DNA of 64,000 nucleotides from the human T2T-CHM13v2.0 reference genome, Homo sapiens. Numbering within the stretch: the first letter of the stretch is position 1; each line of letters starts with the position of its first letter. This document shows, piece by piece, positions 1-13,900 of the stretch. The position numbers and the translations under genes are program-made. The stretch lies in NCBI RefSeq assembly GCF_009914755.1, contig NC_060930.1; one strand, 5' to 3'. The notes beneath the pieces are model-generated. The model searched no databases. It saw nothing but the letters and a program-made list of their open reading frames with translations, and was not told the DNA's origin.

Positions 1-302
<302 letters not shown>

Positions 303-1742
303 CCAACATGCAATTTTTCTATGATTTTAATTGTAAACAAAAATTTTTTTAATTTCTATTCATCCCTTTTGCTGTTTAAATTGGGTAATGTTCATATAAT
401 GCTGCGAAAGACTTCCTTACTATCTGCTTTCCTGCCCCCAGTAAAAAGGAAGAAAAAATGGAGAAATTATTTCTATATCAAATAAAATGCAAAACAGGAG
501 AGGAAGTTCCTTACATAATTACATTAAAAACTGATAGTGAATTTTTTGAGGAATACTGAAAATCCTTCAAGCCTAGGAATGTTTGTAAAGTTCTGAAGCT
601 TTGCTTGTTCCTGAATATTAAAACAGAGCCAAAGGTTTTCCTTTTTATTATTTTGAATAAAAAACTCCAAGAACCCTTCATGTAAATCTCGACACTAAGC
701 CCATCTTTCCTTGTCTTGCCCCTTGAATCATTTATTTAAGCGGGCAATAATAAAAGGTGTCAGCAATTCAGTTGTGAGCTCTGGAAGATTTCTGTGCGCA
801 TTGACCTTTAAGCATTTGCATCTTGACAGGTGAGCTGTTCTTACTGTTTCCTGTGAGATATGGTGCGGCCAAGGGGTCAGGCATGCTAATGACAAAATTA
901 CCATTTACCTTTTACCTGGCAGGCCCGGTGCCTGACATTATAAATGTAGGTAACCTTTCACCTGAAGCTCTCTTTTGCTCTAGTAGAGATTATGTCGGAA
1001 TGAACTTACTTATGGTGGCAGAAGAGTTATGGGCGAAGAAGGACTGAATTTAGTGCATTTTTTTCCCTTTGGGTTTCTTTTTGGGGATGCCTTTTCTCTC
1101 GCAGTCATTCTGCATAAAACATTACTGTTCTTGGTGTGGGGCTAGAGGGGGGTGATTGGAGCAGGGTTAGGGGAGAAGAATGCTGTTTTTGTCATCTTGT
1201 GTTCTTGACATTTTTGAAGCATGGCTGTTTCTCTCCTTTCTCTAAAGCTGCAGGTATTAATGAGGTTTTACTGGTGGCCCGCCTTCATCTATAACTGCCG
1301 TCCTTTTCCTGCTGATTCCAACAGAATGGCATTTCAGGGCTACTGGATACCAGATACGGTTAAGTAGTTAGGGGAACTGGTGGCGATTGGCAGAGATGCA
1401 GGCCTCTAGCGGATGCAGAAGGAAAATAAAACACAGAGGGGCACCAGCAACAGGAGGGGTCTGAAGAGGCAGAGGGCAGCTTGGCCAAGTCAAATAAAGT
1501 TAATGAAAGATCATGTGATTGCCAACTTCTTAGGCTAGCCAGTTGATGCTGTGTATGTCATCTTTTGACATATTCATCGGTTAGTCTTTAAGGTGTCATG
1601 GGGTGAGTGCATTCTCTATAATAACACTTAGCTAAATATCCTGAGACTGGCCTGGGCCAAAATTAAAATAAGAATGCTTACATTATTAGGTAGTAAGATT
1701 CATCAGTGAGTGTCTACTTCCTGGTGGTGCTGAGTGGAGCCA

Positions 1743-1908
1743 AGGAAGGGGGATAGAAGGAAGGGAAAGAAGAAAAGAAAGAGAGAGTGAGGAAGAGAGG
1801 AAAGGAGGGAGGGAGAGAGGGAAGAAAGGAGGGAAAGAGGGAGGAAAGGAGAAAGGAGAGAAGGTGGGGAGGAGAGATGGAGAGGGAGAGAGCAGGAAAG
1901 AGGGGAAA
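1743..1908. repeat. GA-rich polypurine low-complexity tract
   Basis: ~165 bp almost entirely A/G on the + strand. Confidence 0.9.
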
Positions 1909-2169
1909 GCCTTATTTTCTGCTCTTGGTGGAAAACCCTTCCAAAGCAAGAAACCTAGGTCACTGCAGCCTAATAAGAGAGAGTGGAAGATGTGTGGGGC
2001 TCTCCTGCCTCCAAGCCCTCTTCTCCACCTTCAGAGAGATGGATGGTTAATAAGGAGCCAGGAATCCAGTGATCTCTGGCCTCTGCAAAGATGTCTTTCA
2101 CTTAGTTTTTCTTGGTAAAGTGGTGCATAGGACTTCAGTGACATTTGCCTGGTGGTTATGAGATACTTT

Positions 2170-3148
<979 letters not shown>

Positions 3149-5992
3149 CTTTGTAAATAATGATAATTAGGAACCCAAGAAGTACTGCCTGCTTGTTTAG
3201 CGTGTTCATTTAGCTCAAAGTTTGGTACCTTGTAGTTGTCATATGGAGTAAATCTTCAGCCACAAAATCTCATTATGAATGTATTCCAGGAAGGAGATAT
3301 AATTTTTTTGGACCATTTGCAGCATATTCAAATGAAAGCTGGTGCTAATGAAATTATTCTCATGTAATTAGATGTATTAAATAATGTCCCAGGTTGGTTC
3401 AATGACATGGTTGGATTGCTAATTTCTCTTCTTTCCAGGCATGGAAAGAATTCTCCCTGAAGATTTGTGCCACAAATAGCCCCAGAAGCTGGCTGATTTT
3501 GGAGTCATTGCTGCACTGAACCCAGAGCTCGCCATGGCATCTTGTTTAAGAAAATTAAGTTTTCCCATTCTTCCTCTTTAAGCTGGTGACCCTGGGTGGC
3601 ATGGAACTCTTACAGGAAAAGCTTGGAACTCTTGAGCTCAAATCCAGTGTGTTGACAAGGTCCCAGTGGGAACCCCATTCAGGCTGAATGAATTGGCAGT
3701 CATTTCCAGGCTTATCAGATCACATTCTCCTTGTCTTACTTAATTTTGTGAATCAACCCCAACTCAGGAGACCAGAATCACAACAAGAATTTCATTTTTG
3801 CCAGACAAAGGGCTCAGCCATGCATTCAGCCATCAAGTTTTCCTTGTCCTTCCCTGGGTCTGGAGTGATATAGACTGAAACAGTGGATCCGTGTCAGGTT
3901 TTACTCATGGCTGGACTGCCTTGTCACGCTCCTTGGCACCGAAGGAGTGTGATTGAATGTGTGTAGCTGTCAGAGGCAGAGGGGAGTCAATAATACCTGA
4001 TATTTGCCTTGAATTCCTGTTTTACCTTCACACAATTAAATCTTGCCTTCACATTATTTCATTTGCTTTACTTGGAAAGGAGCTCTAACCTTGAAAAGGA
4101 TTGAAGTTGTGGCTTTATTATCCTTGAGGACAATTCTATGTAATGTGTGGAAGAAGAGAGGATTCCAAAGAGATTCCTCTCTTGTCTTTTCCGTATCAAC
4201 TGCTTTGAGTCCTTTGTTTTCTTTCCTGGGCTCTTGTGTGGGTGACACATCTGTGTTTATATACAGCTAGGCCATATCTCTCTCCCAAAGAGGCAGAAGA
4301 GCCAAACTACATGTCTTCAGGAGGGGGAAGCAAGTTTTTCTCAACCTTAGTGAATGATGTTTCTAGAACAGGGTGGATCTCTAAGCCCTTAAGGATGATG
4401 CTGTCTGTTCCAGAGAATTCTATATAAAGTGTATGTGTGTGCACGCTTCTTTCAGTTTTCTTCTCTTAAGAAGACAATTAGCAGCAGCATTCAACATAGA
4501 GTCCTCAAAGGATGAAATCCTCCCAACATTTAACTTGGGTCATTTGGGAATGTGTAAATGTAGTTACTCTTCCAGGCCACCGTGGGGGGCTATTTGGTGT
4601 ACTCCTAAATGTAGGACTTTTCACATTGAAAAGAATACACTGGAACAGACTTCCTGATTCACATCAACCAGCCAGGCCTGATCCTTTCATTACAAGGTAA
4701 TGCATTTTGTAGATTGAGTAGGAAACTAAATAGGCAACCCTCTTTAGGGATGTAGATATCTCTGCTTCAGAAAATGTTTATTGATTCTTTAGGTTCAGAA
4801 CAACATTAATCATGCAAAAAGCCAAAGACCCGAGACTCAGAATCTGGTATCAGGAGACAGGGGAGCTGCTTTTCTTTTCACAGTAAGACTTATGTCAACA
4901 CATTTCTGAAAATGAATCAATAGTCAAATAACTCAAGTGACAGATTGATCATTCTGGCAGAGAACAAAGTCTATAAGATGTCATACAATCAAAACAGCAA
5001 CAACACGTAAGGCATTTTATTTGACATTACTCAAAATTCTACTGATCCTATCACATTTAATACGTCTTTTTCCATCAGCCTCTGGAGATAGGAAGATAAA
5101 AGTAACAGTGAGATGAAATGTAGCCATTACATTAGAAATATGAACTTGCAGGGTGCTTAACGCTATTTCAAATACCACTTTAAAACAAAAAATAAGGTTA
5201 CACATTCCATATCCGTTTAAAGTAGACTATGTAATATGTTATTTGTAAGGTCTTTAATAGATTATAAAACACTTTTTAAGTATCATTTCAATTAAAATTT
5301 GACTTTATTTTAGCTGTTTTTTCTTTAAAAATTTTTTTAAATGAAATTTTAGCCTTGCAATTTTTCTCCTATAAAATGGGCTGTTTTTTACTTGCTCATC
5401 AATACAATATTTCTTTTCTCATTTTTAGTTCTTTGTAGGTTGAACCTTGCTGTGGAAGCCCGAGAGCTTTTAACAAAAGAGCTTGGGGGAAGATAGGTCA
5501 GAGTTCAAATTCCTATGTCTGCCTTTTATTGGCTGTTTGACCTGGGCTGGTCTTCTGGTCTCTTGAAATCTGCATTGAAGCACAAAAGGGTATCAGAAGA
5601 GTCTGTTAAAATGATTGTAAGGCAAGGATGAGTTATATGCTTGGCATGTAGTCAGCACTCATGATATTATTGAATATTATGATCAATATCATTACTACTA
5701 TTACTCCTATATGAAAGCTGTCTGTTATTCAGTATTTTTCTCTAGAAATCTCTATCACAGGAAAACAATGCAATCCGTAAAATAAGTGTTCAAAATAATG
5801 ATCATAAGGCATTCAAAAATCCTGAATTCTTGAATTATCAAAGAAAAGTTATGTTTTGGCAGTGTAGCTTGAATGATATGTATATTATAGTATACTGTAA
5901 TTCTTATATGTTTATATATACTGACCCTCGATGTATGTATTACTTCACTGCAATATTCAATTAATCAACACTTGACTAGGCTGCATAATTTA

Positions 5993-7972
5993 AATTTTTT
6001 TAAATTTCAATAACTTTTAGGGTACAAGTGGTTTTTGGTTACATGGATGTGTTGTATAGTGGTGAAGTCTGAGATTTTAGTGTACTGATCACCTGAATAG
6101 TGTCCATTATACCCAATATGTAGTTTTTTATGCCTTGCTCCTCTCCTACCTGTCCCCTCTTCTTAGTCTTCAAAGTCCACTGTACTGCTCTGTATGCTCC
6201 AAAGCTTAGCTCCCACTTATAAGTAAGAACATATGGTATTTGGTTTTCCATTCTTGAGTTACTTCACTTAGAATAATGGCCTCAACTCCATCCAAGTTCC
6301 TGCAAAAGGCCATTATTTTATTCTTTTTTATGGCTGAGTAGTATTCCATAGTGTGTATATAGACCCACTATATATATATATGTATACACACACACACAAT
6401 ATATATATAGATACAACATATGCTATATATATACTATATATTATATATACATAAACTTTCTTTTTTTCCTTTTTCTTTTTTTGATTTTAATTTTTAAATT
6501 ATATTTTAATAGTTTTTGGGGTACGGGTGATTTGTGGTTACATATATAAGTTTTTTAGCGATGATTTCTGAGATCTTAGTACACCCATTACCCAAGCAGT
6601 GTACACTGTACCCAATATGTAGTCTTTTATCCATCACCCCCCATCCAAGTCCCCAAAGTCCATTATATCATTCTTATGCCTTTGTGTCCTTATAGCTTAG
6701 CTCCCACATATAAGTGAGAACATATGGTATTTGGTTTTCCATTCCTGAGTTATTTCACTTAGAATAATGGCCTCCAGCTCCATCCAAGTTGCTGCAAAAG
6801 GCATTATTTCCTTCCTTTTAATGGCTAAGTAGTATTCCATGGTGTATATATACCACATTTCCTTTATCCACTTTCTGGTTGATGGGCACTTAGATTGGTT
6901 TTATATCTTTGTTTGTGCAAATTGTGCTGCCATAAACATGCATGCACATGTGTCTTTTTCATAAAATGACTTATTTTCCTTTGGGTAGATACCCAGTAGT
7001 GGGATTGCTGGATCAAATGCTAGTTCTACTTTTAGTTCTTTAAGGAATATCCATATTGTTTTCCATAGTGGTTGTACTAGTTTACATTCCCACCAGCAGT
7101 GTAACACCATTCCCTTTTCACCACATTCAAGCAAACATTTATTGTTTTTTGACTTTTTAATTATGGCCATTCTTGCAGGAGTCAGGTGGTATCTCATTGT
7201 GGCCATGATTTGTATTTCCCTGATGAAGTGATGTTGAGCATTTCTTCATATGTTTGTTGGCTGTTTGTACATCTTCTTTTGAGAAGTGTCCATTCATGTC
7301 CTTTGCCTACTTTTTGATGGGATTATTTTTGTTTTTCTCGCTGATTTGTTTGAGTTCCTTGCAGATTTTGGATACTAGTCCTTTGTTGGATACATAGGTT
7401 TCAAACATTTTCTTCCACTTTGTGGGGTGTCTGTTTACTCTGCTGATTATTTCTTTTGCTGCACAGAAGCTGTTTCATTAGGCCCAATTTATTTATTTTT
7501 GTTGTTGTTGCATTTGCTTTTGGGATCTTAGTCATAAATTCTTTGCTTAAGCCAATGCCCAGAAGAGTTTTTCTGATGTTATCGTCTAGAATTTTCATGG
7601 TTTCAGGTTTTAGATTTAAGTCTTTGATTCATCTTGAGTTGATTTTTGTATAAGTTGAGGAGATGGGGATCCATGTTCATTCTTCTACATGTGGCTAGCC
7701 AGTTGTCCCAGCACTATTTATTGAATAGGGTGTCCTTTCCCCAATTTATATTTTTGCATGCTTTATCAAAGATAATTGGCTGTAAGTATTTGGCTTTATT
7801 CCTGTGTTCTCTATTCTGTTCCATTGATCTGTGTGCCTATTTTTATACCAGTACCATGTTTTGGTAATTTTAGCCTTGCAGTATAATTTGAAGTTGGTAT
7901 ACCACATTCTTTATCTACTCATTGGTCAACGGGCGCTTAGGTTGGTTCCATATCTTTGTAATTTTGAATTGT
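5993..7972 (-). mobile_element. L1PB3/4-like 3' fragment (outer element: 5993-6360 plus 7897-7972)
   Basis: L1PB-type 3' UTR (GGGTACAAGTGGTTTTTGGTTACATGGAT); breaks at GTGTATAT and resumes at GTATACCACATT after the inner L1. Confidence 0.8.
6456..7896 (-). mobile_element. L1PB1/2-like 5'-truncated LINE-1 nested in the outer L1PB
   Basis: T-rich tail and L1PB 3' UTR; ORF2 C-terminal remnants in ORFs 6901..7206 ([22 protein letters not shown]) and 7401..7598. Confidence 0.88.
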
Positions 7973-8106
7973 TAGGCTGGATCATTTTAAGTTTCTTATA
8001 TTCTGTGTGTCATCAGGCAAACCAACAGATATATAGCGGAGAGAAATTATAATTCAATTCTGAGTAGTGAGTGAAACCTATAGATAATAATAGTAAATAA
8101 TGCTTA

Positions 8107-8406
8107 ATTTTATTTATTTATTTATTTAGACAGAGTCTCACTCTGTCACCCAGGCTGGAGTGCAGTGATGCAGTCTCGACTCGCTGCAATGCCCACTTCC
8201 CAGGTGCAAGTGATTCTCCTGCTTCAGCCTACTGATTAGCTTGGCTTTCAGGTGCATGCCACCACGCCTGGCTAATTTTTGTATTTTTAGTAGAGATGGG
8301 GTTTCACCATGTTGGCCAGGATGGTCTCAATCTCCTGACCTTGTGATCAGCCCGCCTCGGCCTCCCAAAGTGCTGGGATTATAGGTGTGAGCCACCGCAC
8401 CTGGCC
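8107..8406 (-). mobile_element. AluS (Sc-like)
   Basis: Full Alu, reverse complement; CCAGGATGGTCTCAATCTCCTGACCTTGTGATC. Confidence 0.93.
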
Positions 8407-8429
8407 GAGCAAGGGTCTTTTGAGAGGTG

Positions 8430-8572
8430 ACAGTGCCCACTACTTAGATCGGTGCACAATTGATAACTTACGAATTGTTTTATTTCTGAGATTTTCCATT
8501 TTATATTTTCAGACAGTGGTAGACCACAGGTAAACCATGAAAAGTGAAGCCATGGATAAGGATGGACTACTG
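8430..8572 (-). mobile_element. MER44 (Tigger7-family DNA transposon) terminal fragment
   Basis: GAATTGTTTTATTTCTGAGATTTTCCATTTTATATTTTC...GGATAAGGATGGACTACTG followed by TA. Confidence 0.72.
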
Positions 8573-8577
8573 TATAA

Positions 8578-9108
8578 TTAACCTAAGTGTCTGTCAACGG
8601 GTAAATGGATTAAAAAAACTGGCGTATATACACAATGAAATACTATTCAGCCTTAAGAAAGGAGGAAATCCTGTCTTTTGTAACAACATGGATGAGCCTG
8701 GAGGACATTATGCTAAGTGAAATAAGCCAGGCACAGAAAGACAAATAACACATGATCTCACTTATATGTAGAATCTCAAAAAGTTGAAATGGAAGCAGAG
8801 AATAGAATGGTTACTGGGTTTGGGGTGGGGATATGTTGGTCAAAGGATACACAATTTTGGCTAGACACAAAGAATAAGTTGAAGAGATCTATTGTTTCTG
8901 TAATTGGTAACAATGTATTGTGCACTTGAAAACTGGGAGGAGAGAGATTTTAAGTATTCTAACCACAAAAAATGGTATGTGAGGTAATGCATATGTTAAT
9001 TAGCTTGATTTAGCCATTTCACAATGTATACATCTTTCAAACATACAGTTTTCAACAAACATTTGGTGCACCATAAATAGATATAATTTGTATTTATCAA
9101 TTAAAAAA
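8578..9108 (+). mobile_element. L1MA-type LINE-1 3' end
   Basis: CAACATGGATGAGCCTGGAGGACATTATGCTAAGTGAAATAAGCCAGGCACAGAAAGACAAA, L1MA-like 3' UTR and A-rich end. Confidence 0.85.
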
Positions 9109-9749
9109 AGAGAGAATTTCTGAGACCATACCCTGGGAAAGGAAATAGGTCTGGTGTAGGAAGCCCTTATTCATTAAAACTTTTCAAGTGATTCTGGTGT
9201 GCATTTAGTCTTTTGGTTGTAGTGACTCTGAGGAGTGCTTTACTCAAAGAAATTAGTCTCTAATGAAGAAAATTTAGGCCTGATGACAGGTCAGTGGAGG
9301 GCATAAGTTGAGGCTCATAGTAGCATTCCTATTACCCTTAAAAATCACAATATGTAAGATTAGTTTTATTATTCTCTGTACCAGAATTCTCTTTAATATG
9401 CTTGATGCGGATCATAAAAGCTTATAGCTAAGAATCTGATTATTTCAAGCTGTTAGTTGAGCCAGACTTGGCTTATTTCAATTCCTATTTCAGAGAATGA
9501 TATAAAGCTACTTCCTGAGAGTGTTCCCATATGTACGTTTTTCCATGGCTAAGCCAATGGCTAAAGTGAAAAATACAGAAGAAAAACACTGCAGTGACTT
9601 GGGTGGTCACTATAGGCCATATTCTGACTCAAGCTACTGGAGTTGCAGGTTCAGGCCTGCAGTATGTCCTCGGACTCCTTAAGGACTGATTTGATGGACT
9701 TTTTCTCATTAAAACTTTCTGGAAGTGCAAGTCTGAGGCATGTGGAAAT

Positions 9750-10652
9750 AAGCGAAGACCAACCAAATGAGAAGAGGCAATGGTTACTTATTCAGAACTT
9801 GTCATAACAAGGGAATTGGTCAACATTACTTGTGCTTTGTTAGCAACTCACATGCAGACAGAGGAGTGGAGAAGCCTCAGAGTGGAGCAGAGCAAAGGCT
9901 TCAGGCGCGTGCTGATTGAGGAAACTGGAGACAGCTCACTAGAAGCAGGGTGTGTGGTATGAATGTGTCTCCCCCAAATTTATCTGTTGAAACTTAATTG
10001 CCAGTGTGATAGTATTTAGAGGTAGGGCCTTTAGGAGGCGATTAGGTAGTGAAGGTGGAACCCTCATGAATGGGATCAGTGCCCTTATAAAAGAGGTTGT
10101 TGGGGGGAGTGAGTGCATCCTTCTGCCTTCCGCCAGGGGAGGACACAGCCACAGGGCACCATCTTTGAAGCTGAGAGCAAGTCCTCACCAGACAGCAGGT
10201 CTGCTGGCCCCTTGATCTTGGACTTCCCAGCCTCTGGAACTGTGAGAAATAAATTTCTGCTATTGTAAATTACCCAGTCTAAAGTCTTTTGTTATAGCAA
10301 CGTGAATGGATGGAAACACAGACATCCCATGTGATTAGTTAAGAGGACATATTTGACTTTCTCTGGTTGGTCCTAAGTTGGAAGTGGGAGCAAAAGTTAG
10401 AGATTAATTTTTCAGGGGACAATTAATGAAGTCCTGGACATTTTGGGCCAATTGTTATGGATGTTATTGCTTGACTTCCTGAACTGGTTGCTAGAGGTAA
10501 TGGTCTGACTTGTAGATGGACAGTGGGCTGGCTTCCTGGATTGGTTACTATAGATAAGGGATTGGTTTCCTTGGCTAGTTGCTGCAGGTCGTGGGTTGGA
10601 GTTCTATTTTTGTATATGATCTGGCTATTGTCCATGTGTATTCAATCTCACA
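9750..10652 (-). mobile_element. MER90-like ERV LTR, split by a MaLR LTR
   Basis: Reverse complement begins TGTGAGATTGAATACACATGGACAATAGCCAGATCATATACAAAAATAGAACTCC; continues on both sides of 9951-10318; subfamily from memory. Confidence 0.6.
9951..10318 (+). mobile_element. MLT1A-like MaLR solo LTR
   Basis: TG...CA ends; GCCCTTATAAAAGAG; GGACTTCCCAGCCTCTGGAACTGTGAGAAATAAATTTCTG. Confidence 0.85.
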
Positions 10653-12294
10653 GGCATTATCTTCTATTGCGGAGGCACCTGGCTTTACAGGAACTATGTT
10701 GTGGCAAGAGAAGGACTTGGCTATTGATGAGAAACCTCTGTTTCACTTTAGAATCCACAACCAGAAATGTCCAAGTGAGCGAGAGATATGCAAAGCTCCA
10801 ACTGGCACAGACTGGAATTCTAGAGTAAAAGAAAATCCTCAGGACTCCGCATGGTGCCCTTTAAGTACCAAGCTGCTTAAAATATCATTCTGTTTATTGT
10901 AATTTGATGTGTGAAATTCAGGCAGGCATTTACAATTCAGATCCCATTCCTAAGGGATTCCCATTTGGGTGTGTTCGTATGACTTATTCTGAGCCTTTCT
11001 TCAAGTATGGACGCTTGAGATTGTTAGGTAAAATGCACATAGATGCTCAGAGATGAAGTGTTTATCATCATTACCTCAATGAATCATTCTCCAGCCTTGA
11101 CAGGTTCTAATGTCCCCCATGCTTCAACGCCACCCACTCTGTCTTGCTCTTTGTCTGAAGCGTGTTCTCTTTCCTTCTGCCCACCAGCACCCCCATCTCA
11201 AAATTTCAAAGTATTCCCCTTATCAATCATTTGGATTTAGCTGGGGGCAGAGGGGGCGGGGGTTGCTGGACAGCAGCAGAAGCTTTGTCCAAATACCTTA
11301 TAACAAGAACAACAACGTGGTCATGGCCCCTGTTTGCTGGGTTGGGGAGAATGGGGCAAGAAAGGAGGAGGGGGACCTGCTGCGACAACAGACCCAGGCT
11401 GCCACCAAGGGGGTGGCAGCTCCCTTGGTGAGTGCAGTCCCCTTTGCTAAGAAAAAAATGGAGCTGTTCTCACGGCTCGACCTTCTGTTCCCTGGGACTA
11501 CTCTGGAAAGGGTCCTCATTTCTGCTTTTCCAAACAGGGGGCTTCCATTTCCATCAAAGGTGATAGCTGAGTTAGGAAAACTGAGTCTGGCCTGGTGAGG
11601 CTGCATTTTTCCCATTGCTGGCTCAAGGGAGACTGTGATTCTCATGACAAATTATGTGTTCTACTTTTAGCTCTTTCCACCGGGTTATACTATGACCTTG
11701 GGCAAGACCCTTGACCTTTCCGGGTTCCCCCTCCTCCTCTTAGTTTCTCCTCATCTGACCAAAGCACTTTTTAAAAAAACCATGACCGTGTTATAAAACA
11801 AAATGTAGAATAGATGAAAGGAAAATGTATGATCATGAATCTAACAGGAACATTGTTGATGTTTCTTCCCATTCCTTTTTCTATGCTTTAAAATTATAGT
11901 TGCAATCATTGAATCTCTACCTGAATAGCTTGCTTTTTTTTTTTTTTTTTTTTTTTTTCCGGGACATGTTCCTAGGTTGCTGAATAATCTTTATAATCAT
12001 GATTCTTAATAACTTTATAATTTCAAGATGTATTTCTTAGTCTCTTCCATTTAGCTCACCTAGAAAATATACTGGGAATTGAGATACAGTAAAATCCACT
12101 GAGAAATTCTCCTTGAATTTCCTCTTGTTATTTTCCCTTTCCTTTGAAATATTCAGGGGTTTCTTTTTTAGAGTAGGAAATTAGCCAGTGCCTTAGAGAT
12201 AAAATGCCCAAATAAAAACAAAAATGAACCTCAACCCCACACTGCCCCCAGACAAACCCAAACACTGGTTAACTCTCTTTTTAAAGTTAGTCTG

Positions 12295-12590
12295 GGCCGG
12301 GTGCGGTGGCTCACGCCTGTAATCCCAGCGCTTTGGGAGGCCGACGTGGGTGGATCACGAGGTCAGGAGATTGAGACCACCCTGGCTAACATGGTGAAAC
12401 CCAGTCTCTACTACAAATACAAAAAATTAGCCGGGCATGGTGGCACGTGCCTGTGATCACAGCTACTCAGGAGGCTGAGGTAGGAGAATCGCTTGAACCA
12501 GGGAGTCGGGTTGCAGTGAGGTGAGATCATGCCACTACACTCCAGCCTGGTGACAGAACAAGACTCCATCTAAAAAAAAAAAAAAAAAAA
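12295..12590 (+). mobile_element. AluSc-like
   Basis: Full dimer with A tail; TSD TTAGTCTG on both sides. Confidence 0.95.
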
Positions 12591-13086
12591 TTAGTCTGTC
12601 CATATTCTTTCAGTAAAATGTTCGATTCTTCCAACTCTTAGATTAAAATGTCCCAAGGAGCAGCCCCTGGGCTTTATTTTTGGGATTTGGTGGTAAATCT
12701 TCCTCTGGATGTCAAGTCTCCTCAAAGTCTGCAGGAAATCCTACTGGGACTTGGAGATTGTGACATCAGATCTAGTTAGAGCTGTTGAGTGCAAGGAACT
12801 GCAGATGTCTGAACATGCCAGGAGAGAGAACTTGCAAAGACCTACAACCAGCATCCCGCTGGATTAGATGTGTGGCTTTTTCTGTCCTCAGGTTACCTGG
12901 GGAAACAAATCCCACAGAAATTATTTGATCGCCCCCCTCCAGAGCATACAGTGAACAGATGAGAGAAGGTATCTGTACTATGAGAGCCTCTCTCTATTGT
13001 GCTCCCCATAAAAGGCCAACAGCCTAAGAAGGCTTCACTTTCTCTGGGGTGCTATTGCACTGCATCATATACAAATATCCATATGA

Positions 13087-13356
<270 letters not shown>

Positions 13357-13479
13357 AAGAGAGAATTTTTCCTCTTTTGGATAAATCATTTCCAACTGAA
13401 TTCATCATGGCCACCTATCATATATCACCCTTCCTCCTCCCACCATATTGCACCAAATCCAGCTGCTGCTCCCCTGGAT

Positions 13480-13900
13480 TTCATTCTAGTCAGGTAACTG
13501 GGGGTCATCCTGATTTTGACTTTTAGTTCTCACATCCAACATTCACATGAGTTTATTAACTCTACCATATACAGCTTTCATATCAATGTGCTTCTCCACT
13601 CCCCTACGGTACTGCCTCATTTCATGTTCTCATCATTTGTAAACTAGATTTCTGGGTTACCACAATTTCTTAACTGATCCACATACTTCCAGCCCTGTCT
13701 TCATACCACATGGTGTCCTTTCTCATGATCAGCCAGTGTCTGCCAGTCACTTGCATGGGAGTCTTCATTCTCCTTTGTCTGTCTGACCATGCCACTCATC
13801 AGACCATATTGCTCCTCGGTAAATTACATGCAGGATTCTTGGCATGGCAGACATGAGACTGCATATCTGCTGCCTTCTTTCCTGCCCAGCCTGATCCTCC
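13480..13900 (+). mobile_element. L2 fragment (degenerate)
   Basis: GGGGTCATCCTGA...TCACATCCAA...CTTCTCCACTCCC...CATCATTTGTAAACTAGA resembles the L2 3' region. Confidence 0.5.

Noticed and set aside
1398-1415. CTCF-like CCGCTAGAGGCC on the minus strand
   Set aside because: Mismatch in the conserved GGGC part of the core; much weaker than the site at 28604
11110-11645. 162-aa (+) and 115-aa (-) ORFs
   Set aside because: No recognisable protein family; lengths are within chance expectation for this locally GC-richer stretch
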